DNA from: Abditibacterium sp.
GTDB taxonomy: Bacteria; Armatimonadota; Abditibacteriia; Abditibacteriales; Abditibacteriaceae
DNA: 64,000 nt
Direction of reading: 5' to 3'
Assembly (NCBI GenBank): GCA_965246885.1
Contig: OZ251992.1
Location: 2,432,001-2,496,000 of the forward strand
Numbering within the stretch: the first letter of the stretch is position 1; every line of letters starts with the position of its first letter. Shown in pieces: positions 38,831 through 47,492 of the stretch. A program made the position numbers and the translations under genes. Below the pieces are notes generated by a model. The model made no database searches, had not been told where the DNA came from, and saw nothing but the letters and a program-made list of their open reading frames with translations.

Positions 38831-39766
38831 TTAGTGCATCTCCGCTTCGCAGGAGCCGATGCCTCCGGTGTAGAAGTTGAAGCGGACGTTGGGATGCAGC
38901 GCGAGCAGGCTCATCGGCACGCTCGAATCGGCGAGGCCCTTAGAAATCATCAGGCTGGTCAGACGCATGCCGAACGGGTTGTCGTGCGTTCCGGCGTGCC
39001 AGATGGAAACGCGCTCGGCCTGCCACGTCTGCTTTGGGCCAACGGTGATGGCGCGCTTGGGCACGAGCGGCAGGTTGCCCCCACCGGAGGTGCGCGCGTT
39101 TTGGATGAGTGTCAGAGGGTGCAACTCCACGACGCGCGTGCCCAGTTTCAAGTACTCTTCCGGCGAGGGCGGCGCGTCGGCGAAAGCGCCCTCGCGCCGG
39201 AGCGGGTCGTTGAAGGCCCAATGCTTGACTTCGCCCTGCCCGCCTTGCATGACGGCGCACCGCACGCCTTCGTAGGAGCGTTCGTAGTCGGTGGGGTCGG
39301 CGGCAGGAAAGTGCAAGTTCGCCTCTCGAATGGCGAGCGCGGGCGCGATGTGGTTGAAGCACAGTTCGCGGTCGGCGCGGGCAAACGAAAGCGGGTGGGA
39401 TTCGGGTGCTTCGCGTCCATCGAGAAACCACTCGTCCATGCCCCAAAAGTGGGCTTCGCTCCGGCCCAAGTCGAGGCCCAAGTCGTTGACCAGTTGCGCC
39501 ACAAGCGGCAACTGTTCCGTTGGCCCGACGGGGCCGCAGATGCCGCACGGGTTGTCGGGCGTGGACTGCCGCCACGCCCCGACATATTCGAGCGCTTCGG
39601 CGAGGTAGAACTGCTCCAGTGAGTCGTAAAGCACCACCTCGAATCCGGGCCGCGCCAGTTGCTGCAAGTCATGGGCAGACAAGCGCGCGGCGTCGGCGAG
39701 CAATTCAGTGTCGAGGGTGGTGTAATCCCACCAATCGGGCGCAACAGTAGAAAGAGGGCGTGACAT
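38831..39766 (-). CDS. Glucosamine-6-phosphate deaminase/isomerase (NagB-fold) family protein
   Basis: [34 protein letters not shown]. Confidence 0.8.
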   Translation of the reverse strand: MSRPLSTVAPDWWDYTTLDTELLADAARLSAHDLQQLARPGFEVVLYDSLEQFYLAEALEYVGAWRQSTPDNPCGICGPVGPTEQLPLVAQLVNDLGLDLGRSEAHFWGMDEWFLDGREAPESHPLSFARADRELCFNHIAPALAIREANLHFPAADPTDYERSYEGVRCAVMQGGQGEVKHWAFNDPLRREGAFADAPPSPEEYLKLGTRVVELHPLTLIQNARTSGGGNLPLVPKRAITVGPKQTWQAERVSIWHAGTHDNPFGMRLTSLMISKGLADSSVPMSLLALHPNVRFNFYTGGIGSCEAEMH

Positions 39767-39821
39767 GGAAAGAGGTTGAAAGGTTAAGCGGTAGAAAATG
39801 CAAGGACACGCGCCTCGCTCT

Positions 39822-41288
39822 TTACATCGGCAGGTGGGGGCGCACGGGCGCGGTGTGAGCGTTGGAAAGCGGTTGTTGCTCGCGCACGACAGCGATTAAA
39901 TGTTCGTAGTGGGCGCGCGCCGCGTCGTCTTTGAGGGTGTGACAGAAGTCGGCGAGCGAGTCGCTGTCTCCCGGAACCACGCTGGCACCCTGCTCACCCG
40001 CGCCTTTGTCGGCGCTGGGTGGCAGTTCGCCCGTCGCAAGGAACCGCCGGTAGGTCTCGACTTTCTGGCCCGCTTTGTCGAAGGCTTCGTGGCGCTCTTT
40101 AGTGGCTCTGGCGCGGTAGTCTTCCTCGACTCCGGCGCGACGCATCATCGCTTCGAGCCACACGCGGCCATATTCGGTGTGGCTGGTTTCGTCTATGATG
40201 TCGAACTGCATCATCTCGGCGCTTTGGGCGTCGCCGCCATCGCGGAAGTCCTCGAAACAGTAGCCCTTGGTCTTGAAATAGCCAGTCTCGGCGATTTGCG
40301 TCACGTTGTAGAACGCCTCATACACATCGCGCGGCGTCATCGGCGGGAGTGTCCCTTCGTTCAAGGCTGCGCCGTAGCTGGTGTAGCCGACATCCCGAAT
40401 CGAAAGGCCGAAGCTTTCCAAGCGCGTCTTGCCGGAATTGCCGTGCCGCGACTCGTCCCACATATGGCGCGCTTCGTCGCGCAGAAATTCCCAAGGCATG
40501 AAGTCGGCGTAGAAGAGCCAGCGCAGTTGCATCTCGGCCACGCCCATCTCCCATAGGTAGCCGATCATGAAATACAAGCGCCGCGCTTCTACTGAGTCCG
40601 ACCAGTCGAGTTCCAAGAATGGCATGATGTTGGGCGCTTGGTCGCCACCGGGAACAAGACCGGGCGCGATGTTCATTTGGAAATCGGTGTGCTTGCCCGC
40701 CGGTCGCGCAAACGGCTCAGCAGCCGGAATCGGCGTCTCGAACGAGCCGACGCTTTCGAGGCCGCACAGCACTTTGTCCGCGAAGTCGGCGCTTAGTGCG
40801 AGACCTTCGCGCATCTTGAAGCCGCTATACCACGCGGTCTGCTCCTGCCGGTCGGCCAATATCTCGCGCAGCATTTTGTGCGTGGGCGCGTCGTGGACGG
40901 GGTTCGACGAATCCATGTAAGCACGATACGCGGCGTCGAGCGTGGGATACACCAACTCATGCAGCGCCGCCATCGCCTGATTGAAGTTCGGTGCCGCGAA
41001 GAGGGTGTTCAGCGCCGTCTCGAAGTCGCCATGAACCGGCGCGTCGGGGTTGCCGGGGAACATTTCTAAGCGGTTGCGCAGTTTGTCAGTATTCTGGCTT
41101 TGCAAGTAGGCGCCGTAGCACATTTGCAGTTTGTCGTCCCACTCGCGCGCGTCGCGGCCCCAACCGCACAAAACGCGCATCGCGCTGTATTCCACATATT
41201 GCCACTGCGCGAGCAGGTCGGCGACATCGGTGCCCATGCGACGCCGTTTGGAGGCCGCGAATTCGGCTGGTCGTTCAAGTGTTTGCAT
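39822..41288 (-). CDS. Ferritin-like (DUF455-type) diiron protein with two helical-bundle domains
   Basis: C-half has E...WDESRH and E...IDETSH (paired ExxH); N-half similar but ligands degenerate. Confidence 0.7.
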   Translation of the reverse strand: MQTLERPAEFAASKRRRMGTDVADLLAQWQYVEYSAMRVLCGWGRDAREWDDKLQMCYGAYLQSQNTDKLRNRLEMFPGNPDAPVHGDFETALNTLFAAPNFNQAMAALHELVYPTLDAAYRAYMDSSNPVHDAPTHKMLREILADRQEQTAWYSGFKMREGLALSADFADKVLCGLESVGSFETPIPAAEPFARPAGKHTDFQMNIAPGLVPGGDQAPNIMPFLELDWSDSVEARRLYFMIGYLWEMGVAEMQLRWLFYADFMPWEFLRDEARHMWDESRHGNSGKTRLESFGLSIRDVGYTSYGAALNEGTLPPMTPRDVYEAFYNVTQIAETGYFKTKGYCFEDFRDGGDAQSAEMMQFDIIDETSHTEYGRVWLEAMMRRAGVEEDYRARATKERHEAFDKAGQKVETYRRFLATGELPPSADKGAGEQGASVVPGDSDSLADFCHTLKDDAARAHYEHLIAVVREQQPLSNAHTAPVRPHLPM

Positions 41289-41336
41289 TGTGAGTTTCCT
41301 TTGATTACAAGATATAGCCCGATATACACGAGAGGG

Positions 41337-43409
41337 TTAGGCGGGCCAGAACTGAATTTGGCTTCCCAGAAAGAAGCCGACGATCATCCACGCAACCATC
41401 GCGCACACGTTGCCAAAGATGAGGCCGATCATGAAGGGGCGCACCTTCTGCACGGAGTCGCTCCCACCATATTTGAGCAGGAGGCTTTTGACAGCCCAGC
41501 CCAGAAAGAACGAGAACCACAGCCGCCGCATCGGTTGCGCGGTCGAGAAGACGTAGCCGAGCGGATGGAGCGAGAACCACAAAAAGCGGCTACGCAAGAT
41601 GGCGAGGGCGACAACGACGAAAGCGCCGAGCGCAATCCAAGGCCACGTCGAAAAGTCGAGCGAATCGCCGCGTGTCATCAGCGCCGAGGTCGCGTTGAAG
41701 CTCATCTGCGGCCCCTGATACGTGAACCACGTGTAACCGCTCAAGCCGCCATGCTCATATACGGTCACAAGCGCCGTGAGGATGGTCACGGCGAAGGCAG
41801 CACCGGTCGCCGCCAATACCGCGAAGCACAAGCGGCGCGTGTCGCGCGGCGAAAACTGCGCGTCGTGGGCGAGCTTGAAGGTGTGCAGGTAAGCAGGCAA
41901 AGTCGTGGTGCGCAGGTCGCCAAAGAGCATCGGCGACAAGAACGACAGCTTGGTCAGGTTCGCCGCCCCCAAGAACGACGCCGATAGCCCGCTTTGCGTC
42001 ACCATGTAAAGCGGCGAGAACGACAGTTGCGGAAACAATACGCCGCCCTCCACCACAAGGCGCGCCAGCACGATATTGAGCAACACGAACGAGCCGAACA
42101 GCCCAACCGTCAGCCAAGGCGACAACCCCGCAAAACTGCACCACGCACACAACCCTACGAAGCACGCCGCCCAGCCCACCACCACAAAGCGCGCCGAGAA
42201 CGGTTCGTTGAGGGTTGTAGCCGCCGAAGCGCGGCGCGGGTTGAGCGCGGCGAGGAAGGTGTTCTTGAGTTGCTCGCGCGCACCCCACAAGAGGAGCGCG
42301 CCCATCCCCAACCACGCGCCCAGCGACTGAAAGGCAAGGAAGTGCGGGCGTTGCCCGTAGGGTTCTTTGGGCAGAGCGTCGGGCACAAAGCCCATCTGCG
42401 CGGCGGCCACCAGTTGCACTTGCACGAGCAGAAAGCTCGTCCAAAACGAGAACGACATCTCGCGCGTGAGCAGATACGCCACGCCGACGGCACCGAAATA
42501 CCACTCAATGTTTAGACTGCCAATGGCGCTGAGCGGCGCTTCGGTAAAGTTCAACACCAACTGGTTGCCCTGAAACCCCGTCAGAACCGGGAACTGGGGA
42601 AAGTAGTTGTTGAGGCCGCGCAGAAGGTGGAACGCCGCCGCAACGCCAAAGCCCAGCCACATCAAGCGGTTTGCCCAGAACTCGCGTGCCGGTGGGCTTT
42701 GCCCCGCGCCAGTCTCGACCATTTGGAGCGGCAACTGCACGAGCGGAAACGCCAGCGCTTCCGACTCGATCCACTGCTTGCGAAAGAGCAGGGCCGTAAA
42801 GAACAGCAACCCGTAGAGCAAGAGGCAAAACCCGCTCCACGCGAGGAGCATCACCATCCACGCATGCCAAGGAATTTGCGATGGGGATACCTGCCCGGTG
42901 AAGAAGCCGTCCACCACCTCGCGCTGGAAGGTGTGCCCGTCCCAACCCGGCGCCCACCACGAGGGAATGTGCCGGTAAAAGGTGTCGGCCCAATGATTCT
43001 CGCGCGTCGAAAAGTAGAACAGCGTCGGCCCCGCGCTTAAGAAGAAGTTCTCCGTTCCCGGCGTCGAAACCAGCGCCGCGAGGAGCGTCATCGCGTACAC
43101 CGTCAGTAGCTCGCCGCGCGACAAGGGCCGCGCCAAACGGGAGTTGAGCGCGCGAAGCGGCACGTTCACGCCCAGAACAAGCGCCATTAGGATGAACACC
43201 GCGCCAAACGGCAGGTGCACCCCGCCCAAAAAGTGCACGTTGGCGAAAGTTTCGATCCACGCGTTGAGCGCCGCTAACCCCACCGACAGCCCCAACCCAA
43301 GCGCCACCGCCCGCCCCGACACGGGCGTGCGCCCCGGTTCTTGGGGCGATGCGGTGGGGGGCGCAGCTTCGGGAGCGAGTATTTCGGGGAGCGGGATAGA
43401 GCGGGGCAT
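41337..43409 (-). CDS. Polytopic membrane protein, DUF6785/DUF6784-type putative transporter
   Basis: Many TM helices; QWIESEALAFPLVQLP and LHPLGY..W.SFFLGWAVKSLLLKYGG..RPFMIGLIFG motifs. Confidence 0.75.
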   Translation of the reverse strand: MPRSIPLPEILAPEAAPPTASPQEPGRTPVSGRAVALGLGLSVGLAALNAWIETFANVHFLGGVHLPFGAVFILMALVLGVNVPLRALNSRLARPLSRGELLTVYAMTLLAALVSTPGTENFFLSAGPTLFYFSTRENHWADTFYRHIPSWWAPGWDGHTFQREVVDGFFTGQVSPSQIPWHAWMVMLLAWSGFCLLLYGLLFFTALLFRKQWIESEALAFPLVQLPLQMVETGAGQSPPAREFWANRLMWLGFGVAAAFHLLRGLNNYFPQFPVLTGFQGNQLVLNFTEAPLSAIGSLNIEWYFGAVGVAYLLTREMSFSFWTSFLLVQVQLVAAAQMGFVPDALPKEPYGQRPHFLAFQSLGAWLGMGALLLWGAREQLKNTFLAALNPRRASAATTLNEPFSARFVVVGWAACFVGLCAWCSFAGLSPWLTVGLFGSFVLLNIVLARLVVEGGVLFPQLSFSPLYMVTQSGLSASFLGAANLTKLSFLSPMLFGDLRTTTLPAYLHTFKLAHDAQFSPRDTRRLCFAVLAATGAAFAVTILTALVTVYEHGGLSGYTWFTYQGPQMSFNATSALMTRGDSLDFSTWPWIALGAFVVVALAILRSRFLWFSLHPLGYVFSTAQPMRRLWFSFFLGWAVKSLLLKYGGSDSVQKVRPFMIGLIFGNVCAMVAWMIVGFFLGSQIQFWPA

Positions 43410-43434
43410 AACGTGGGTGAGCGGTTGCTTTGAG

Positions 43435-44769
43435 TTAGGCGGTCGTCGGGCGCCAAGGCGCAATATGGGCATCACGGGCATCGGCTTTCCGTTCCCATGC
43501 GCTGTAGTCAAGCGGCGCTCCAATTTCCGGCAGATGGGAAACACCGGTGAGGTGCGCTTCGATGGCAGTGATGCGCGCTTCCGGCAAGCATTCCGGCCCC
43601 AGTTCAAGCCGTATCTCCCGTGCTTCGAGGGCCGGAAAGACGTGCCATTTCTGCGCGCCAATCGTGTGGCCTGACGCTATCTCCCGCCCATCTGCGAGCA
43701 CGCGATAGCCCATGACGCGCTGGCCATATTCCAAGTGCTCGCGCAAAACGAGATGGTCGAAGCGCGCCGCTTCACTCAAGCGCAGGGTGGCGCCTTGGGC
43801 ATCCGGGACAAAGTCACCCGCGAGCGGCGAGGCGAAGCGGCGCCTAATTTCGTCGGCGAGGGTGCGTAGCGCGGCTTCGTCGTGCGGGTCAATGCGGCCT
43901 TGGCGGTTCGGCCCGACGTTGAGCAACAAGTTCGCGCCCAACCCGACCGAGAGATAATAGATGCCCAACAGGTGCTCCGGCGTTTTGAGCGTCGGCAAGT
44001 CGTCGTCCTGCCAGAACCAGTGCTGACGGATGGCGACATCACATTCGGGCGGCAGGTAACGTAGCTCCTCCAGTTGCTCGCTTTCGGATGTAAACGCCGA
44101 AATGTCGGTGGCGGCGACGGCATACAAACAGGGGTCAGCCGCGACGCCGTCCTCGTTGCCCGCCCAACGGATGGTGGGAGAAGGCCCCATGTTAAAGACC
44201 ATCGCGCCCGGTTGGTGGGCGCGCACCACATCCATGACGGCGTCCCAATTGTAGTCGCGGCCTTCGCTGCCGCCGCCATCGAACCATAGCTCGAAAAGCT
44301 CGCCGTAGCGGGTGCAAAGCTCGGTCAGTTGCGCGCAGTAGAAGCGGTCGTAAGCCGCTCCATCCGAGTAGACGGCGCAGTTCCGATCCCAAGGCGACAG
44401 ATACAACCCGAAGTGCAAGCCCCTGTCCCGACAAGCCTTGGCTACCTCGCCCACGATGTCTATTTGGCCGGGCGAGTTGCGAACACTGTAGGGTGTGGTG
44501 TCCGTCGGCCATAAGCAAAAACCATCGCCGTGCTTGGCGGTAAGAACGAGATACTTCGCGCCCACACTCAAAGCAATGTCCACCCACTGGTGGGGGTCGA
44601 AGTCGGTGGGCGCGAAGGTTTCGGGCGGCCACTGGCCCGCGCTCCACTCGCGGTTGTGGAAGGTGTTGATTCCAAAGTGGCAGAACAAGCCAAATTGCGC
44701 GCGTTGCCAGCGCAGTTGAGCCTCGGCTGGAATGGGGATAGGGGACATCGCGTCGGGTAAGGGTCTCAC
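43435..44769 (-). CDS. Alpha-L-fucosidase-like (GH29), cytoplasmic
   Basis: FCHFGINTF, TAKHGDGF.LW, YLSPWD, WFDG, ECDVAIR..WFW, SVG.GANLLLN. Confidence 0.9.
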   Translation of the reverse strand: MRPLPDAMSPIPIPAEAQLRWQRAQFGLFCHFGINTFHNREWSAGQWPPETFAPTDFDPHQWVDIALSVGAKYLVLTAKHGDGFCLWPTDTTPYSVRNSPGQIDIVGEVAKACRDRGLHFGLYLSPWDRNCAVYSDGAAYDRFYCAQLTELCTRYGELFELWFDGGGSEGRDYNWDAVMDVVRAHQPGAMVFNMGPSPTIRWAGNEDGVAADPCLYAVAATDISAFTSESEQLEELRYLPPECDVAIRQHWFWQDDDLPTLKTPEHLLGIYYLSVGLGANLLLNVGPNRQGRIDPHDEAALRTLADEIRRRFASPLAGDFVPDAQGATLRLSEAARFDHLVLREHLEYGQRVMGYRVLADGREIASGHTIGAQKWHVFPALEAREIRLELGPECLPEARITAIEAHLTGVSHLPEIGAPLDYSAWERKADARDAHIAPWRPTTA

Positions 44770-45329
44770 TTGACGGCTTCGAGCGTCACATCATCGAACC
44801 ACGCGGTGCCGGTCGTGCCTTTGCGCAGGTAGAGGGCGAGGCGGTTGTTACCCGCGTCGGAACGCACGGTGAAGGTGCTTTCAACCTTCGTCCAGTCGAA
44901 AGTGCCCGCCAAGGGCTTGGCGTATTCGCCGCGTAGCCAATCGCCGCCCTTGGAGAAGCTTTCCATATAAAGCGCCGCGCCCTCGTCGCCGACGCTTCCT
45001 TTCAAGCCGTCGCCCTTGACCCACGCGGAGAAGTGGTATTTGCCGGGTGAGAGCTTAGGGCTTTGGAAGACGTTGGGGTAGACAGCGGCATCGGCGCTGG
45101 AGACTTTCAGGCTGTGGTCGCCGCCGTGCTTTTGACTCGCGTCCCATGTCAGGACGGTGGCGGCATCGGGCGCGCCAAAGAAATACCAGTCCTGTGGCGG
45201 CGTCTCGTTCTTGGCGTTGAGTTCAAAGTCGCCGTTAGCGGCGAGATTGGGAGCGGCAGGGGCGGCATCCCGCGCAAAGGCGGGAGCGGCACCCAAAGCG
45301 AGGGCGAGAAGCAAAGAGGTGATCTTCAT
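44766..45329 (-). CDS. Exported stand-alone carbohydrate-binding module (CBM4/9-like)
   Basis: Signal peptide; NL..NGDFE...GTFDWT...AWFDDV. Confidence 0.8.
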   Translation of the reverse strand: MKITSLLLALALGAAPAFARDAAPAAPNLAANGDFELNAKNETPPQDWYFFGAPDAATVLTWDASQKHGGDHSLKVSSADAAVYPNVFQSPKLSPGKYHFSAWVKGDGLKGSVGDEGAALYMESFSKGGDWLRGEYAKPLAGTFDWTKVESTFTVRSDAGNNRLALYLRKGTTGTAWFDDVTLEAVK

Positions 45330-45341
45330 GGTATGGGTGTT

Positions 45342-47399
45342 CTAACGGAGCACTATGACGCCGGAGGCGTGCGGCGCGGCCTCGATTTTCCAACCGTCCG
45401 ATTGTGGCGTGATGGTCAGCGCGCCTGTTTGAAGGGTCGCTTTGGCAAAGTGGGGACGGGTGAGGAGCAGGGTCGCCGCGTTCTTGGCATCGGCGTTGGC
45501 GACGATGAGGCGCATCGTTTGCCCATCGCGGAGCGCACGGAACTTGAGTTGCGTGGGGTTGGAGTTCTGGGCGTCAAGCGTTGCGTCTTGCCCTGCGAGT
45601 AAGGTGGGCAACAGCGACTGGAGTTCGTGCGAAACGACGGTGACTTTGGGCCAGTCGCGGGCGAACTTGGCCATATCGGGCCGCGAGTAATCGCGTTTGC
45701 CGTCGCTCGCCAAATACAAGTCCATGAAAGCGTAGAATAGGATGCCATTGGTCTTTTCGCACAAACCCAGCAGGTTCATGGTGCGCATCTCGTCGGTGGT
45801 GGGCATGCGATAACCGGGGAAAGGGTTGGCGTAGGCGTCCCACGAGAACTCTTGCGAGGCGAGCAAAGTGGACTTGGCGCCGCGCGCGGCGGCGCGGGCG
45901 TTGCCCGTCCACGTCGAAACGATGTCGAAGTTGAAGCGCGGAATGGGATAGGGGTCAACGCCCAGCACGTCGGTCAGGTCGTAATACCCGTCCAAGTCGC
46001 CGTATTGGTTCAAGACGTGGATGATGGGGTGGTCGGAATCGAGCGCCAACACCTGTTGCTGCATGGCGCGATAGTCTGCCTCGTGCTCTAACCCGCCTTC
46101 GTCGTTGAGATACCAGCCCAATAAGGCCGGGTGGCTCTTGACGAGGTTCACATACTGCGCGATGAGTTGCGCGGGTGTTCCCTTGCCTTTGGGGAACAAG
46201 TAGGAATCGCGCGTGAAGTCTTTGAGCGAGTAAATGACCTTCAGCCCGTGCTTTTGCGCGTGGTCGAGGAAGGCGACGGGGTCTTTGCCCGCGCTGTAGC
46301 TGTAGTTCAGGACGGTGTTGAAGCCCGCGTCGTGGATGAGCGTGAGGCTCGCGTCGGAAGCGTCACCCTCGCCCTCGCAGTAAATGCCAAGCGGGAAGAA
46401 CGGCTGTCCTGCGACGCGCCACGCGCCGCCCTTGTCAATGGAAACGCGCGGCGCTTTGTCGGCCACGCGAAGCGCCACTTCTTGCTGGGCGACGCTTCTG
46501 CCCGCCGCGTCCAGCACTTCTATCTTCCACGTCGGTTGCGCGCCGCTCTTGACTGCGGCGCTTACGGGCACTTGCGAAACGGTGAATTGCACGCTTTCGG
46601 GTTCGCCGTCCTTGCGAACGGGAACCGGCGTCAACTGCTCGCCCACGACCTTGCCGCCAACCAACACCTGCGAGCGAACACGAAGCGGAGCGGCCAAGTC
46701 GGGCGCGCGATCCACGCTCAGTTGCGCGCTCCAAGGCGAAGCATCGCCGCGCATAATCAGACCATGATAACCCGGCGCCGTGACGAAGGATCGCAAAACC
46801 GGTGTGGTGGCCACGACTTCCAAGTCATCGAACCACGCCGTGCCACTGGAGCCTTGGCGCAAATACAAACCGAGGATCAGCTTGCGCGCCCCCAAAGGCA
46901 ACTTCGCGGTGCCTTCCATCCGCGTCCAATCGAAAGCGCCCTTCTTGGAGTCGGGGTAGGCGCCGCCCAGCCAATTGCCCGCCGCGTCATACCACTCCAT
47001 GAAGATGCCCGCGCCCTGATTGCTTCCGGCGTCGGGCAGGGACACGACGTTTTCTCCTTTGACTTGCGCCGCAAAGCGATAGGTCGCGCCGCCCGTCGTG
47101 GAAATGGTTTGCGCGACCCATTTGTAGTTCTTCGGGTCGGGGTTGGACAGTTTCAAGCTGCCAGCGCCGCCCTTGAACGTCGCGGTATCGGGCGCGGCCA
47201 AGCCATCGGGAATGTTGAACCCGTCCACACCATTTTCAAAGCCGGGGTTGCGCACGAGGTTGCGCGCGACGGTGGAAGAGGTGGGCGCAGGAGGCGCGTA
47301 TTGAGCGTGGGAACAGGAAACGTTACTCAGCGCGAGCGCAAGGACGAGAGGAGCAACTCGAAGCGCCGCAGGGCGCGCACTGGAAATAAATTGGGACAT
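45342..47399 (-). CDS. Exported CBM + putative glycoside-hydrolase TIM-barrel protein
   Basis: Signal peptide; NPGFE CBM; FFPLGIY..AGFNTV..HPALLGWYLNDE..DPYP. Confidence 0.75.
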   Translation of the reverse strand: MSQFISSARPAALRVAPLVLALALSNVSCSHAQYAPPAPTSSTVARNLVRNPGFENGVDGFNIPDGLAAPDTATFKGGAGSLKLSNPDPKNYKWVAQTISTTGGATYRFAAQVKGENVVSLPDAGSNQGAGIFMEWYDAAGNWLGGAYPDSKKGAFDWTRMEGTAKLPLGARKLILGLYLRQGSSGTAWFDDLEVVATTPVLRSFVTAPGYHGLIMRGDASPWSAQLSVDRAPDLAAPLRVRSQVLVGGKVVGEQLTPVPVRKDGEPESVQFTVSQVPVSAAVKSGAQPTWKIEVLDAAGRSVAQQEVALRVADKAPRVSIDKGGAWRVAGQPFFPLGIYCEGEGDASDASLTLIHDAGFNTVLNYSYSAGKDPVAFLDHAQKHGLKVIYSLKDFTRDSYLFPKGKGTPAQLIAQYVNLVKSHPALLGWYLNDEGGLEHEADYRAMQQQVLALDSDHPIIHVLNQYGDLDGYYDLTDVLGVDPYPIPRFNFDIVSTWTGNARAAARGAKSTLLASQEFSWDAYANPFPGYRMPTTDEMRTMNLLGLCEKTNGILFYAFMDLYLASDGKRDYSRPDMAKFARDWPKVTVVSHELQSLLPTLLAGQDATLDAQNSNPTQLKFRALRDGQTMRLIVANADAKNAATLLLTRPHFAKATLQTGALTITPQSDGWKIEAAPHASGVIVLR

Positions 47400-47492
47400 A
47401 AAAACAAAGGAAGAGGGAGCGACAAGTTCGGCAAGGACGCTGGATGGAACAAGGAAACGACGTAATCTTGGGGACAACAAACCGAGGGAGTG

